The translations under genes and the position numbers were made by a program. Source: an uncultured Gemmatimonadales bacterium (GTDB lineage Bacteria; Gemmatimonadota; Gemmatimonadetes; Gemmatimonadales; GWC2-71-9). Taken from it: DNA of 64,000 nt. The notes beneath the pieces are model-generated. The model was not told the origin of the DNA and made no database searches. It worked only from the letters and a program-made list of their open reading frames with translations. Positions 46,372-56,148 of this stretch are shown piece by piece. The stretch lies in NCBI GenBank assembly GCA_963771275.1, contig CAVYSW010000010.1, forward strand, positions 736,001-800,000, written 5' to 3'. Each line of letters opens with the position of its first letter. Position 1 is the first letter of the stretch.

Positions 46372-48266
46372 CGGGCCGAGAGGCTCTCCCGTTCGGCGAG
46401 GGCCCGCACCCTGGCGGCAATGCCCGCGGCGTCGAGGCCCGCGTCCGCGAGCTGGGCCGACCGGCCGGCGTGCTCCCACGTGCGGTCCGCGACGCCGAGC
46501 GTGCTGACGCGGACATCGGGGGCGAGTTCGCCCACATGCACGGCCACCATGGCGCCGAAGCCGTTCACGACCACGCCGTCCTCGACCGTGACGAGCACCC
46601 GGTGGTCCTGCACCAGGAGCTCCAGCAGCGCGTGATCCATCGGCTTGAGAAACCGGCAGCTTACCACCGACACGTCGAGCCCGTCGGCGCGCAGCAGCTC
46701 CGCCGCGCCCAGGGCCGGCTCGCACATCACGCCCACGGCGAGAATCGCGCAGTCGCGTCCCTGCCGCAGCACCTCCCACGACCCGTACGGCAGCGCGCCC
46801 ACGTCCGCCACCGGCGGAACGACGCCCGGCACGTTGTCCCGCGGGTAGCGGATGGCGAACGGCCCGTCGTGCGCCAGCGCGCCGCGCAACAGCCCGATCA
46901 GCTCGGCGGCGTCGCGCGGCGCCGTGACCGTCATGTTGGGCACGGCGAGCATGTAGGCGATGTCGTACAGTCCCATATGGGTCTGGCCGTCCGCGCCGAC
47001 CATGCCGGCGCGGTCGAGGCAGAACGTGACCGGCAGGTTCTGAATCGCCACGTCATGGATCACGCCGTCGTAGGCCCGCTGCAGGAACGTCGAGTAGATC
47101 GCGACGACCGGCCGCAGCCCCTGCGTCGCGAGCCCCGCCGCGAACGTGGTGGCGTGTCCCTCGGCGATGCCCACGTCGAAGAACCGGGCGGGCCAGCGCT
47201 GCTCGAACGCGTTCGTGCCGGTGCCGGAGGGCATCGCCGCCGTGATCGCCACGATCCGCTCGTCCTCGCCGGCGAGGGCGGCGAGCGCCTCGCCGAACAC
47301 CTTGGTCCAGGCCGACCCCGGGTTCTTCACCGGCCGCAACACACCGGTCTGCGGATCGTAGGGGTTCCGCGCGTGGAACTTCTCGCGGTCCGGCTCGCTG
47401 AGCGGGAAGCCCCGGCCCTTTTCGGTCAGAACGTGCATCAGCCGCGGGCCCTTCAGAGTCCGCACCAGGTCGAGCGTGCGCAGCAGGGCGGGAATGTCGT
47501 GACCGTTGATCGGACCGAAGTAGCGGAACCCCAGCTCCTCGAACAGCATGCCGGGCGACCAGAGGTTCTTGATGCTCTCTTCGACCGTCTTCGCGAGATC
47601 GATCATGCGCTGGCCGCCCACGACGTGCGACGCGCGCTCGATGATGTGCTTCACGCCCTCCCGCATCCGGTTGGCCAGCGGGCTCGCGATCGCGGAGCCG
47701 AGGTACTTGTGGATCGCCCCGACATTCGGGGCGATCGACATGCCGTTGTCGTTGAGGACGATCAGCAGATCGCGGTGCGAGTGGCCCGCGTTGTTCAAGC
47801 CCTCGTAGGGGAGCCCGCACGTCATGGCGCCGTCACCCACCACCGCCACCACCTGGAACTGCTCGCCCTGAAGATCGCGCGCGACCGCGATCCCCAGCGC
47901 CGCCGAGATCGCGGTGCCCGCGTGCCCGGCCCCGAACACGTCATGCTCGCTCTCGACCCGGCGCAAAAAGCCGGAGAGGCCGCCGGCCTGCCGCAGCGTC
48001 GGCAGCCGGGCGTTCCGGCCGGTAAGCACCTTCCACGGATAGCCCTGGTGCCCCACGTCCCACACGATCCGGTCGCGCGGCGAATCGAAGCTGTAGAGCA
48101 GCGCGACGGTGAGCTCGACGACCCCGAGCCCTGCCCCGATGTGGCCGCCGGTCTGCGACACCACGTCGATCAGGCGCTGGCGCACCTCATCCGCGACCGC
48201 CGGCAGCTGCTCGCGCGGCAGGCGCTTGAGGTCCTCGGGGCCTTGGATCGAGTCGAGTAGGCTCAT
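46368..48266 (-). CDS. dxs: 1-deoxy-D-xylulose-5-phosphate synthase
   Basis: GGHIG, WDVGHQ, GDGAMT...LNDN, GIAEGHA, YSTFLQRAYD, IRYPR. Confidence 0.96.
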   Translation of the reverse strand: MSLLDSIQGPEDLKRLPREQLPAVADEVRQRLIDVVSQTGGHIGAGLGVVELTVALLYSFDSPRDRIVWDVGHQGYPWKVLTGRNARLPTLRQAGGLSGFLRRVESEHDVFGAGHAGTAISAALGIAVARDLQGEQFQVVAVVGDGAMTCGLPYEGLNNAGHSHRDLLIVLNDNGMSIAPNVGAIHKYLGSAIASPLANRMREGVKHIIERASHVVGGQRMIDLAKTVEESIKNLWSPGMLFEELGFRYFGPINGHDIPALLRTLDLVRTLKGPRLMHVLTEKGRGFPLSEPDREKFHARNPYDPQTGVLRPVKNPGSAWTKVFGEALAALAGEDERIVAITAAMPSGTGTNAFEQRWPARFFDVGIAEGHATTFAAGLATQGLRPVVAIYSTFLQRAYDGVIHDVAIQNLPVTFCLDRAGMVGADGQTHMGLYDIAYMLAVPNMTVTAPRDAAELIGLLRGALAHDGPFAIRYPRDNVPGVVPPVADVGALPYGSWEVLRQGRDCAILAVGVMCEPALGAAELLRADGLDVSVVSCRFLKPMDHALLELLVQDHRVLVTVEDGVVVNGFGAMVAVHVGELAPDVRVSTLGVADRTWEHAGRSAQLADAGLDAAGIAARVRALAERESLSAR

Positions 48267-48334
48267 GGGGGCGCTACGCTGGTTTCCGTCCGCACCGCTC
48301 AATCACGGCTCCCTCATCGCTGTTCCGCGCCCCC

Positions 48335-49246
48335 TCACGAGCGCCGATTCACCACGAACCGGGCGAGGCCCGGCAGCAGGGTGGAATCTATCCCGGCCGC
48401 CCCGAGACGGTCCACCGCGCGGTCCACCGCGGCCCGCGCCTCCGCCAGCGCGCCGTCCGGCCCGAGCAGCGCGCTGAACGTCGCCTTCCGCTGCCGCGCG
48501 TCCTTGCCGGCCGTCTTGCCGAGCCGAACCGAGCTCTCGGTCACGTCCAGCACGTCGTCCACGATCTGGAACGCCAGCCCGAGCTCCGCCCCGTAGGCCC
48601 GGACCGCCGCGAGGCGTTCGTTGGTGAGCCCCGCCGCGAGCCCGCCGATTGCCGCGCTCGCGGCGATCATCGCGCCGGTCTTGGCGCGGTGGAGCGCGAT
48701 CACCGCCGCCAGGTCGAGCGCGCAGCCCTCGGCCGCCAGGTCGAGCACCTGCCCGCCGATCATGCCGCCCACGCCGGCAGCCTGGAACAGGGCCCGCACC
48801 ACCACCCGCCGCGGGTCCGTCGCCATCCCCAGGCGCTCGCAGCCCGCCGCGGCCATCCACGCGGCGAGCGGCACCATGCGGAACCCGGCCTCCGCGGCCA
48901 CGCCGGCCCCGAATACGCGGTGCACCGTCGGCCGCCCGCGCCGCAGCGCGTCGTCGTCCATGCAGGGCAGATCGTCGTGCACCAGCGAGTAGGTGTGCAC
49001 CACCTCGATGGCGGCGGCGAGCTCGGCCGCGTCCCCGCGCCCGCCGACCTCGCGGTGGATCGCGAGGGTCAGCCCCGGTCGGAGCCGCTTGCCGGGTCCC
49101 TCGAGGGCGTACACGATGGCTTCACCCACCGGCCCGGGATACGCCGCGCGAATGCGGGGGTGCCAGGCCGCGAGCGCCGCGTTCACCGCCGCGCGCGCGC
49201 CGGCCAGGAAGGCCGCCGCGTCAGGCGTCGAGGTCGCCGGTGACAA
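48335..49246 (-). CDS. ispA: Farnesyl/geranylgeranyl diphosphate synthase
   Basis: GKRLRP, HDDLPCMDDDALRRG, GQVLD, KTG, FQIVDDVLD; start uncertain (TTG 49246). Confidence 0.9.
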   Translation of the reverse strand: MSPATSTPDAAAFLAGARAAVNAALAAWHPRIRAAYPGPVGEAIVYALEGPGKRLRPGLTLAIHREVGGRGDAAELAAAIEVVHTYSLVHDDLPCMDDDALRRGRPTVHRVFGAGVAAEAGFRMVPLAAWMAAAGCERLGMATDPRRVVVRALFQAAGVGGMIGGQVLDLAAEGCALDLAAVIALHRAKTGAMIAASAAIGGLAAGLTNERLAAVRAYGAELGLAFQIVDDVLDVTESSVRLGKTAGKDARQRKATFSALLGPDGALAEARAAVDRAVDRLGAAGIDSTLLPGLARFVVNRRS

Positions 49247-49442
49247 TGGTGCCGTCCGCCTCAGCCAGCACTTTCTTGACCTGCTGCTCGCCCGCGGCGA
49301 GCAGCCCGCGCGCCACCTTGAGCTGCGCGATCCCGTCGGCGAACAGCGCCAGCGCGCGGTCCAGATCGAGGTCGTTGCGCTCGAGGTCCCGCACGATGGC
49401 CTCGAGCCGCTCGAGCGCCTCACCGAACGACGGTTGCGTCAT
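49221..49442 (-). CDS. xseB: Exodeoxyribonuclease VII small subunit
   Basis: SFGEALERLEAIVRDLE...LDRALALF; between xseA and ispA. Confidence 0.92.
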   Translation of the reverse strand: MTQPSFGEALERLEAIVRDLERNDLDLDRALALFADGIAQLKVARGLLAAGEQQVKKVLAEADGTIVTGDLDA

Positions 49443-50608
49443 CAGGCCTCCTTCGGTCCGGCCACCCGGGCCGGCACGTCGCCGTCCGCGAGCGTGAGGC
49501 GGAACGGTGCTCCGGGGGTGAACTGCCCCACCCGGCGGAGCACGTGGCCGTCGGCGTCCCGGGCGACGGCGTAACCCCGCTCCAGCACGCGGAGCGGGCT
49601 CAGCGCCTGCAGCGTGCCGCCCAGCGCGTCGAGCCGCGCGCGCCCCCGCTCGAGCCGTCCGCTCAACGAGGCGCTCAGCCGGTCCGCCGTGCGCTCGAGC
49701 CGCTGCTGGCCGGCCTCGACCCGGCCGATGAGGCCGCCGGCGAGCCGTCGCGCGAGCCCGTTCACCTGCGCCAGCGTCGCCGTGCGATCCGGCACGACCG
49801 CCTCCGCCGCGGCCGAGGGGGTGGCGGCGCGCACGTCGGCCACGAGGTCGGTGAGCGAGACGTCGGTCTCATGGCCCACGGCGGACACCGTCGGCACGCG
49901 CACCGCGGCGACCGCACGGGCCACCGCCTCGCTGTTGAACGCCCAGAGGTCCTCGCGCGATCCACCGCCCCGGCCGACGATCACCACCTCCACGTCCAGC
50001 CGGTTCACCAGCGCGAGGGCGGCCCGCAGCTCGGCCTCCGCGGTCTCGCCCTGGACCCGCGCGGGCACCACCGTCAGGCGGGCCGCCGGCCAGCGGCGTC
50101 GCATCACCGCCACGATGTCCCGCAAGGCGGCGCCATCGGGGCTCGTCACGATGGCGATGCGCTCGGGGTAGCGCGGCAGCGGACGCTTCCGCGCGGGGTC
50201 GAGCAGCCCGTCCTGCGCCAGGGCCGCGCGGGCGCGCTCGAGCTTGAGCTGCCACATCCCCCCCGCGGTGGTCGGGATCACCTGGCGCACCGTGAGGCGG
50301 AACTCGCCGCGCTCCTCCCAGACCGTGGGCTGCGCTTCCGCGAAGATCGCGAGGCCGTCCGCGAGCGGCGCGTCGAGCCGCTGGTTGTCGGTGCGCCACA
50401 TGACGCAGCGCACCTGCGCCTGCCGGTCGCGCAGGGAGAAGTACCAATGGCCGCTCTGGTACGCCTTGAAGCCGGTCACCTCGCCGCGCACCCACAGACG
50501 CTCGAAGCCCGCCTCCAGCAGCTGGCGGGCCCGTTGGGTCACCTGCGAAACCGACCAGGCGCCTTCGGCGGGCGCCGCGCCGCTCGGGAAGAGCGTCAGC
50601 TCACCCAC
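49442..50608 (-). CDS. xseA: Exodeoxyribonuclease VII large subunit
   Basis: SGHWYFSL, RGGGSREDLWAFN, VGHETD, TPSAAAE, LERGY; GTG 50608. Confidence 0.94.
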   Translation of the reverse strand: MGELTLFPSGAAPAEGAWSVSQVTQRARQLLEAGFERLWVRGEVTGFKAYQSGHWYFSLRDRQAQVRCVMWRTDNQRLDAPLADGLAIFAEAQPTVWEERGEFRLTVRQVIPTTAGGMWQLKLERARAALAQDGLLDPARKRPLPRYPERIAIVTSPDGAALRDIVAVMRRRWPAARLTVVPARVQGETAEAELRAALALVNRLDVEVVIVGRGGGSREDLWAFNSEAVARAVAAVRVPTVSAVGHETDVSLTDLVADVRAATPSAAAEAVVPDRTATLAQVNGLARRLAGGLIGRVEAGQQRLERTADRLSASLSGRLERGRARLDALGGTLQALSPLRVLERGYAVARDADGHVLRRVGQFTPGAPFRLTLADGDVPARVAGPKEA

Positions 50609-51480
50609 TGCCGCGCGGCCTGCACGGTGTTGTAGAGCAGCATCGTGATCGTCATCGGGCCGACGCCGCCGGGCACCGGAGTGATCGCGGCCGCCACCTC
50701 GCTCACCTCGTCGAACGCGACGTCGCCCACCAGCTTGTAGCCCTTGTCGCTGGCGGCGTCGTCCACCCGGTTCACCCCCACGTCGATCACCACCGCCCCG
50801 GGCCGCACCATGGCGCCCCGCACGAACTCGGGCTTCCCCATCGCCACGACGAGGATGTCGGCCAGCCGGGTCACCGCCCCGATGTCCCTGGTACGCGAGT
50901 GGCACACGGTGACGGTCGCATCCCCGCCCTTCCCCTTGTGCATCAGCAGCGCGGCCATCGGGCGCCCGACGATGTTGGACCGCCCCACGATCACGGCGTG
51001 CGCGCCCGCCGTCGCGATCCCCGACCGCACGAGGATCTGCTGCACGCCGTACGGCGTCGCCGGACGGAACCCCGTGGGATCGCCGATCGACACCTTGCCG
51101 ACGTTCTCGGGGTGGAACCCGTCCACGTCCTTGGTGGGCAGGATGCGGTGCAGCACGCGGGTCTCGTTGATCTGCGGCGGCAGGGGCAGCTGCACCAGCA
51201 TGCCGTGGATCTTCGGGTCCGCGTTCAGCCGGTCGATCACCGCCAGCAGCTCGGCCTCGGCGGCCTCCTTGGGGAGCCGGATCGTCTCGCTGTGCATGCC
51301 GGCCGCCTCGCACGCGCGGCCCTTCATCCGCACGTACACCTGGCTGGCGGGGTTCTCGCCCACCAGCACCACCGCGAGGCCGGGCTGCACACCCTGCGCC
51401 CGCAGCGCGTCGATCTCGGGCTGCAAGTCCGCCCGCATCGCATCGGCAATCTGCTTGCCGTCGAGGATTCTAGCGCGCAA
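50596..51480 (-). CDS. folD: Methylenetetrahydrofolate dehydrogenase/cyclohydrolase
   Basis: YVRMK, QLPLP, KDVDG, GRSNIVGRP, TPVPGGVGPMT. Confidence 0.95.
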   Translation of the reverse strand: MRARILDGKQIADAMRADLQPEIDALRAQGVQPGLAVVLVGENPASQVYVRMKGRACEAAGMHSETIRLPKEAAEAELLAVIDRLNADPKIHGMLVQLPLPPQINETRVLHRILPTKDVDGFHPENVGKVSIGDPTGFRPATPYGVQQILVRSGIATAGAHAVIVGRSNIVGRPMAALLMHKGKGGDATVTVCHSRTRDIGAVTRLADILVVAMGKPEFVRGAMVRPGAVVIDVGVNRVDDAASDKGYKLVGDVAFDEVSEVAAAITPVPGGVGPMTITMLLYNTVQAARQWVS

Positions 51481-53053
51481 AGTCGACCGACCTCGTTTCA
51501 CGGATCACGACGACCTTGATCTGTCCCGGATACTGCAGCTCGTTCTCGATGCGGCGCGCGATCTGGTCGCTCAGCGACGCCGCCTTGCCGTCGTCCACCA
51601 GCTCGGGGATCACGACGATGCGGATCTCGCGTCCCGCCTGGATCGCGTAGCACTTCTCGACGCCCTGGTAGCTCGTCGCGATCGACTCCAGGTTGGTGAG
51701 CCGCTTGACGTAGGTCTCGAACGCCTCGCGCCGCGCGCCGGGCCGCGAGCCGCTCACCGCGTCGGCCGCCTGCACGATCACCGAGATCGGCGACTCGTGC
51801 GCGACGTCGTCGTGGTGCGCCGCAACCGCGTTGACCACCAACGGGTGCTCCCCGTACTTGGTCGTCACTTCCACCCCGAGCTCGACGTGGGTTCCCTCGT
51901 GCGTGTGGGTCAGCACCTTCCCCACGTCGTGCAGCAGGGCGCCGCGCTTGGCGAGGTGCACGTCGAGCTTCAGCTCGGCGGCCATGATGCCCGCGAGCCA
52001 GGAGACCTCCTTGGAGTGCTGCAGGATGTTCTGGCCGTACGACGTGCGGTACTTCATCCGGCCGATCAGCTTGACCAGCTCGGCGTGCATCCCGTGGATG
52101 CCCAGCTCGTACACCGTCTGCTCGCCGACCTCGACGAGCTCCTTCTCGAGTCCGTCGCGCACCTGTGTCACGACTTCCTCGATCCGGCCCGGATGGATGC
52201 GGCCGTCGGCGATCAGCTGCTCGAGCGCGCGCCGCGCGACCTCGCGCCGCACCGGGTCGAAGCAGGACACCACGACCGTGTCGGGCGTGTCGTCGATGAT
52301 GACGTCCACGCCGGTGGCCGTCTCGAAGGCGCGGATGTTCCGTCCCTCGCGGCCGATGATCCGCCCCTTCATCTCGTCGTTGGGCAGGGCCACCGCCGAC
52401 ACCGTGGTCTCCGCGGTGTGCTCGGCGGCGATGCGCTGGATCGCGAGCGCCACGATCTTCTTGGCCTCGCGCTCCGCGTTCCGCTTGGCCTCTTCCTTGA
52501 GGTCCCGCACCGTGGCGGCGGCCGCGCTGCGGGCCTCGTCCTCGATCGCCCGGACCAGCTCCGCCTTGGCGTCCTGCGCACTCATCCCGGCAAGCGCCTC
52601 GAGCCGGCTCCGCGCCTCCGCCTGGAGGCGCTTGACCGCCTCCTCCCCCTCCTCGAGCTGCCGCCCCCGCTGGACGGCCGAGCGCTCCCGCCGTTCCAGC
52701 TCGCGATCCCGCTCCTCGAGCGTGTCGAGCTTCCGGTCGAGCAGCGTGGTGCGCTCCTCCATGCGCCGCTCGTGACGCTCGAGCTCCTCGCGCCGGCTCT
52801 GGGCCTCCCGCTCCCACTGCTCGCGGGCCCGGATGATCTCTTCCTTGGCGGCCAGCACCGCCTGGGCGCGCTCCGTCTCCGCCACGCGCCGCGCCTCCGC
52901 GAGGTGGCGCTCCGCCTGCTGCGCGCCGGTGCGGCCCGCGAGGTCCGCGCGCCGCCGCTCGGAACGCCCTCCCAGGAAGTGGAAAACCGCCGCGGCGAGG
53001 ACTCCGACACCGAGAACGGCGGCAAGCCAGAGGATGACCGGCGTTGAGACCAT
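51470..53053 (-). CDS. rny: Ribonuclease Y
   Basis: N-terminal TM, coiled coil, KH (KGRIIGREGRNIR), HD (LLHDVGK), RPGAR. Confidence 0.96.
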   Translation of the reverse strand: MVSTPVILWLAAVLGVGVLAAAVFHFLGGRSERRRADLAGRTGAQQAERHLAEARRVAETERAQAVLAAKEEIIRAREQWEREAQSRREELERHERRMEERTTLLDRKLDTLEERDRELERRERSAVQRGRQLEEGEEAVKRLQAEARSRLEALAGMSAQDAKAELVRAIEDEARSAAAATVRDLKEEAKRNAEREAKKIVALAIQRIAAEHTAETTVSAVALPNDEMKGRIIGREGRNIRAFETATGVDVIIDDTPDTVVVSCFDPVRREVARRALEQLIADGRIHPGRIEEVVTQVRDGLEKELVEVGEQTVYELGIHGMHAELVKLIGRMKYRTSYGQNILQHSKEVSWLAGIMAAELKLDVHLAKRGALLHDVGKVLTHTHEGTHVELGVEVTTKYGEHPLVVNAVAAHHDDVAHESPISVIVQAADAVSGSRPGARREAFETYVKRLTNLESIATSYQGVEKCYAIQAGREIRIVVIPELVDDGKAASLSDQIARRIENELQYPGQIKVVVIRETRSVDFAR

Positions 53054-53156
53054 AGGGGGATCTATCTCCAGCGGCTGCTCCGCTCCCGTCGCCGAGCGGG
53101 CGCCGCGTCCTGTCCTGAACGGCCCGAGGACGCGCCCGTGCTACACCTGCCCCCCC

Positions 53157-53185
53157 AAGCTACGGCCCGTCGCCGGACGAGGCAA
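53157..53185 (-). promoter_or_regulatory. Sigma-70-type promoter of rny overlapping zapA 3' end
   Basis: Minus strand TTGCCT-N17-TAGCTT. Confidence 0.55.
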
Positions 53186-53495
53186 ACGCCCCCGTCGCCC
53201 GGGACGCGCGCTTGGCTGGCGGGAGCAGCCGGGCCAGCTCGACGGTGAGCCGCTCCAACCGCTCCGTGATGTCCGCCTGCGCGGCGCGCGCCTGGAACAG
53301 CTCGTCGGCGATCGCGAGGGCCGCGAGAATCGCCGCCTTCTGCGACTCGACGATGGTCCCCGCGGACAGCACATCCTTGAGGGCCTTGTTCACGTGATCG
53401 GCCACCGCGCGGGTGTACTCCTCCGGCCGGTCGGAGCGGAGCGCGTACTCCTCCGACCCGATCCGGACCTTGACGAGCGTGCGGCTCGTGCTCAC
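53160..53495 (-). CDS. zapA: Cell division protein ZapA
   Basis: VKVRIGSEEYAL...AILAALAIADEL; GTG 53495; pheT-zapB-zapA-rny context. Confidence 0.88.
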   Translation of the reverse strand: MSTSRTLVKVRIGSEEYALRSDRPEEYTRAVADHVNKALKDVLSAGTIVESQKAAILAALAIADELFQARAAQADITERLERLTVELARLLPPAKRASRATGAFASSGDGP

Positions 53496-53791
53496 CGGGG
53501 CTGGCCCTCCACGCCGACCTGCTGCTCGAGGAACCGCAGCCGCGCGTGGAGATGCTCCACCCGCTCGCGCGCCGCGCTGAGCCGCTCTTGCAGATCGGCG
53601 TTCACCTGCTCGAGCTCGAGGATCCGCTCGCGCGCGCCCACGACGTCGTGCCCGACCCCCAGCTCCGCGCGCTGGGTTTCGGCCTTGAGCGCGCGGCGAC
53701 GCCATGCGGCGAGCTCCTCCGCGATGTGACCGATCGCGGCTTCGAGCTCCCCCAGCGCACGCAGCTCAGGCCTGCCGGCGTTCGACTCCAA
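53492..53791 (-). CDS. Coiled-coil protein (ZapB-like position)
   Basis: 99 aa heptad-rich; directly upstream of zapA. Confidence 0.65.
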   Translation of the reverse strand: MESNAGRPELRALGELEAAIGHIAEELAAWRRRALKAETQRAELGVGHDVVGARERILELEQVNADLQERLSAARERVEHLHARLRFLEQQVGVEGQPR

Positions 53792-56144
53792 GCTCCCTCC
53801 TCAGGGCCCCCAGAATCGCCTCCACCGCACCGTCCACCTCCGCGTCCCGCAGGGTACGCTGCGGATCGCGGAACACCAGCCGCCACGCGACGCTCCGCCG
53901 ATCCGCCCCGGTCCCGCGGTACTCGTCGAAGGGCCGAACCGACTCGAGCAGCGATCCGCCCGCGCGCCGGATGACGGCCACCACCGGCTCGGCCAGGATC
54001 CCGGCCGGCAGGAGCAGGGCGACATCGCGCTCGGCCGCGGGCGTGGTCGGAAGCGGCGCATAGCGTGCCACCGTCGCCGCTTCGGCCACGAGATCGAGCT
54101 CGAGCCCCCATGCCGCGCCCGCCCAGAGGGGACGATCGGCTGCGAGCGGCCCCGCCCGGCCCCGCTCCGTCCCCGTCGCGTCCCGCAGCACCCAGCCCGA
54201 CGCCCCGTCCGGCTCCACCACCCCACCCTCGGGCCCCGTGACCCGGGCAAGCTCCTCAAACATACCCTTCAGATCCCACAGGTCGAGATCCGCCGCCTTG
54301 CCGGCCTGGGACCAGTGGTCCGGCTCCCGGGCCCCCGTGAGCACCACCGCCACCCGCAGGGTCTCCTCCGGCAGCCCACCACCGCCATCGGGGCTCGGAC
54401 CCGTCGCGCGGAACACCCGCCCGATCTCGAACAGCCGCACGTCCCGTTCCCGCACCGACCAGTTGTGCTCGACCGACCGGGCCAGGCCGGGCAGGAGGTC
54501 CGTCCGCAGAAACCCCTCTTCCGAGGAGAGCGGGTTGAGGATCGCCTGCGCGTGCGGTGCGGACCGTGGCCCCATCGGCACGGTGCGCGCCTCGTGCACC
54601 CCCCAGCCCGTGAGGAGACGCCGCAGTCGCGCCGCGGCCGCTTCCATCGGCGCGTCGGGCACGGCCGTTGGCCGGTACGGCTGCAGCTCCACGGGGAACG
54701 TGTCGTAGCCCCGGAGCCGCGCTACCTCCTCGATCAGGTCGACCTCGCGGAGCACGTCCGGGCGCCACCCCGGGACCTGCACCGCCAGGCGGTCCCCCTT
54801 GGGCGCCACCGTGAACCCGACACTCGTGAGCAGGCGCTCGATCTCGGGTTGCGGGATCTCGACCCCCAGCAGATGGGCCGCCCGGGCCGGCCGCAGGAAC
54901 ACCGTGCGGGGTTGCTGCGGCTCCGGCCAGAGATCCAGGGACGCTTCGGCCTCCTCCCCGCCGGCCACGCCGATGATCAGCTCGACGGCGCGCCGCACCG
55001 ACTGCGCCAGTCCCAGCAGGTCGGTGCCGCGCTCGAAGCGGTAGGACGCATCGGTGCTCAGCTTGAGCGTGGTCCGGGCGCGCCGCACGCGGGCCGGATC
55101 GAAGTAGGCGCACTCGAGCAGGATGTCGGACGTGTCGGCCGACACCTCCGAGCTCTCGCCGCCCATCACTCCGGCGACCGCCACCGGCCCCTCACCGTCG
55201 CAGATCATCGTCATGTCGGGTGTGAGCGCACGGCGCTCGCCGTCGAGGGTCACCAGCGTCTCGCCGGGCCGCGCGCGCCGGACCACCACCCGGTTGCCGC
55301 GCAGGCTCCGGAGATCGAACGCGTGGAGCGGCTGGTTGATCTCGTGCAGCACGTAGTTCGTGGCGTCCACGACGTTGTTGATCGGGCGCGCGCCGATCAC
55401 GAGCAGCCGCGCCCGCAGCCACTCGGGCGACGGGCCGACGCGGACCCCGCGAATCACGGCCGCGATGTAGCGGGGGCACCCCGCCGCATCCTCGATCGCC
55501 ACGTCCACTCCACCCACCGTGCCGCGCGTGGTCGCGCGGCGCGGGGCCAGGGGCGCGGGCGCGCCCGGCACCACGGGCAGACGCACGCTCAGCCCGTGCA
55601 GCGCCGCGAGCTCGCGCGCGATGCCCCGCTGCGACAGCAGGTCGGGACGGTTGGGCGTCACGTCCACCAGCAGCCGCGTATCGGCCACCGGCACCGCCTC
55701 CAGGAACGGGGTGCCCGGCGCGGCCGCGGTGTTGAGCGCCAGGATGCCCTGATGCTCCGCCCCCAGTCCCAGCTCGCGCGCCGAGCAGAGCATGCCGTTC
55801 GAGAACACGCCCCGGATCTTGCGCCGCTCGAGCTTGAGACCGCCGGGCAGCGCCGCACCCACCGGCGCGAACGGGTACTTCACCCCGGCCTGGACGTTGG
55901 GCGCCCCACAGACGACCTCGAACGGCTTCTCGCCGCCCGCGTCCACCAGGCACACCGAGAGCCGGTCGGCGTCGGGATGCCGGTCGACGTGCCGCACCAG
56001 CCCGATCAGCACGTCTCCCAGCTCCTGGTGGACCGGCTCGATGGCATCCACCGCCGCCCCGAGCAGCGTCAGCCGGCGCGCGGTTTCCTCCGGCTCGAGC
56101 TGCCGGCCCAGGAGATCGCCCACCCAGCTCAGCGAGGCGTACAC
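53766..56144 (-). CDS. pheT: Phenylalanine--tRNA ligase beta subunit
   Basis: HPDADRL, VCGAPNV, TPNRPD, DASYRFERG, DLIEEVAR; GTG 56144. Confidence 0.95.
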   Translation of the reverse strand: MYASLSWVGDLLGRQLEPEETARRLTLLGAAVDAIEPVHQELGDVLIGLVRHVDRHPDADRLSVCLVDAGGEKPFEVVCGAPNVQAGVKYPFAPVGAALPGGLKLERRKIRGVFSNGMLCSARELGLGAEHQGILALNTAAAPGTPFLEAVPVADTRLLVDVTPNRPDLLSQRGIARELAALHGLSVRLPVVPGAPAPLAPRRATTRGTVGGVDVAIEDAAGCPRYIAAVIRGVRVGPSPEWLRARLLVIGARPINNVVDATNYVLHEINQPLHAFDLRSLRGNRVVVRRARPGETLVTLDGERRALTPDMTMICDGEGPVAVAGVMGGESSEVSADTSDILLECAYFDPARVRRARTTLKLSTDASYRFERGTDLLGLAQSVRRAVELIIGVAGGEEAEASLDLWPEPQQPRTVFLRPARAAHLLGVEIPQPEIERLLTSVGFTVAPKGDRLAVQVPGWRPDVLREVDLIEEVARLRGYDTFPVELQPYRPTAVPDAPMEAAAARLRRLLTGWGVHEARTVPMGPRSAPHAQAILNPLSSEEGFLRTDLLPGLARSVEHNWSVRERDVRLFEIGRVFRATGPSPDGGGGLPEETLRVAVVLTGAREPDHWSQAGKAADLDLWDLKGMFEELARVTGPEGGVVEPDGASGWVLRDATGTERGRAGPLAADRPLWAGAAWGLELDLVAEAATVARYAPLPTTPAAERDVALLLPAGILAEPVVAVIRRAGGSLLESVRPFDEYRGTGADRRSVAWRLVFRDPQRTLRDAEVDGAVEAILGALRRELGVERRQA

Positions 56145-56148
56145 CGGC

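Noticed and set aside
53054..53159. 6S RNA, often found downstream of zapA
   Set aside because: Spacer is only 106 nt, too short for a typical 6S RNA, and no long rod with central bubble was evident
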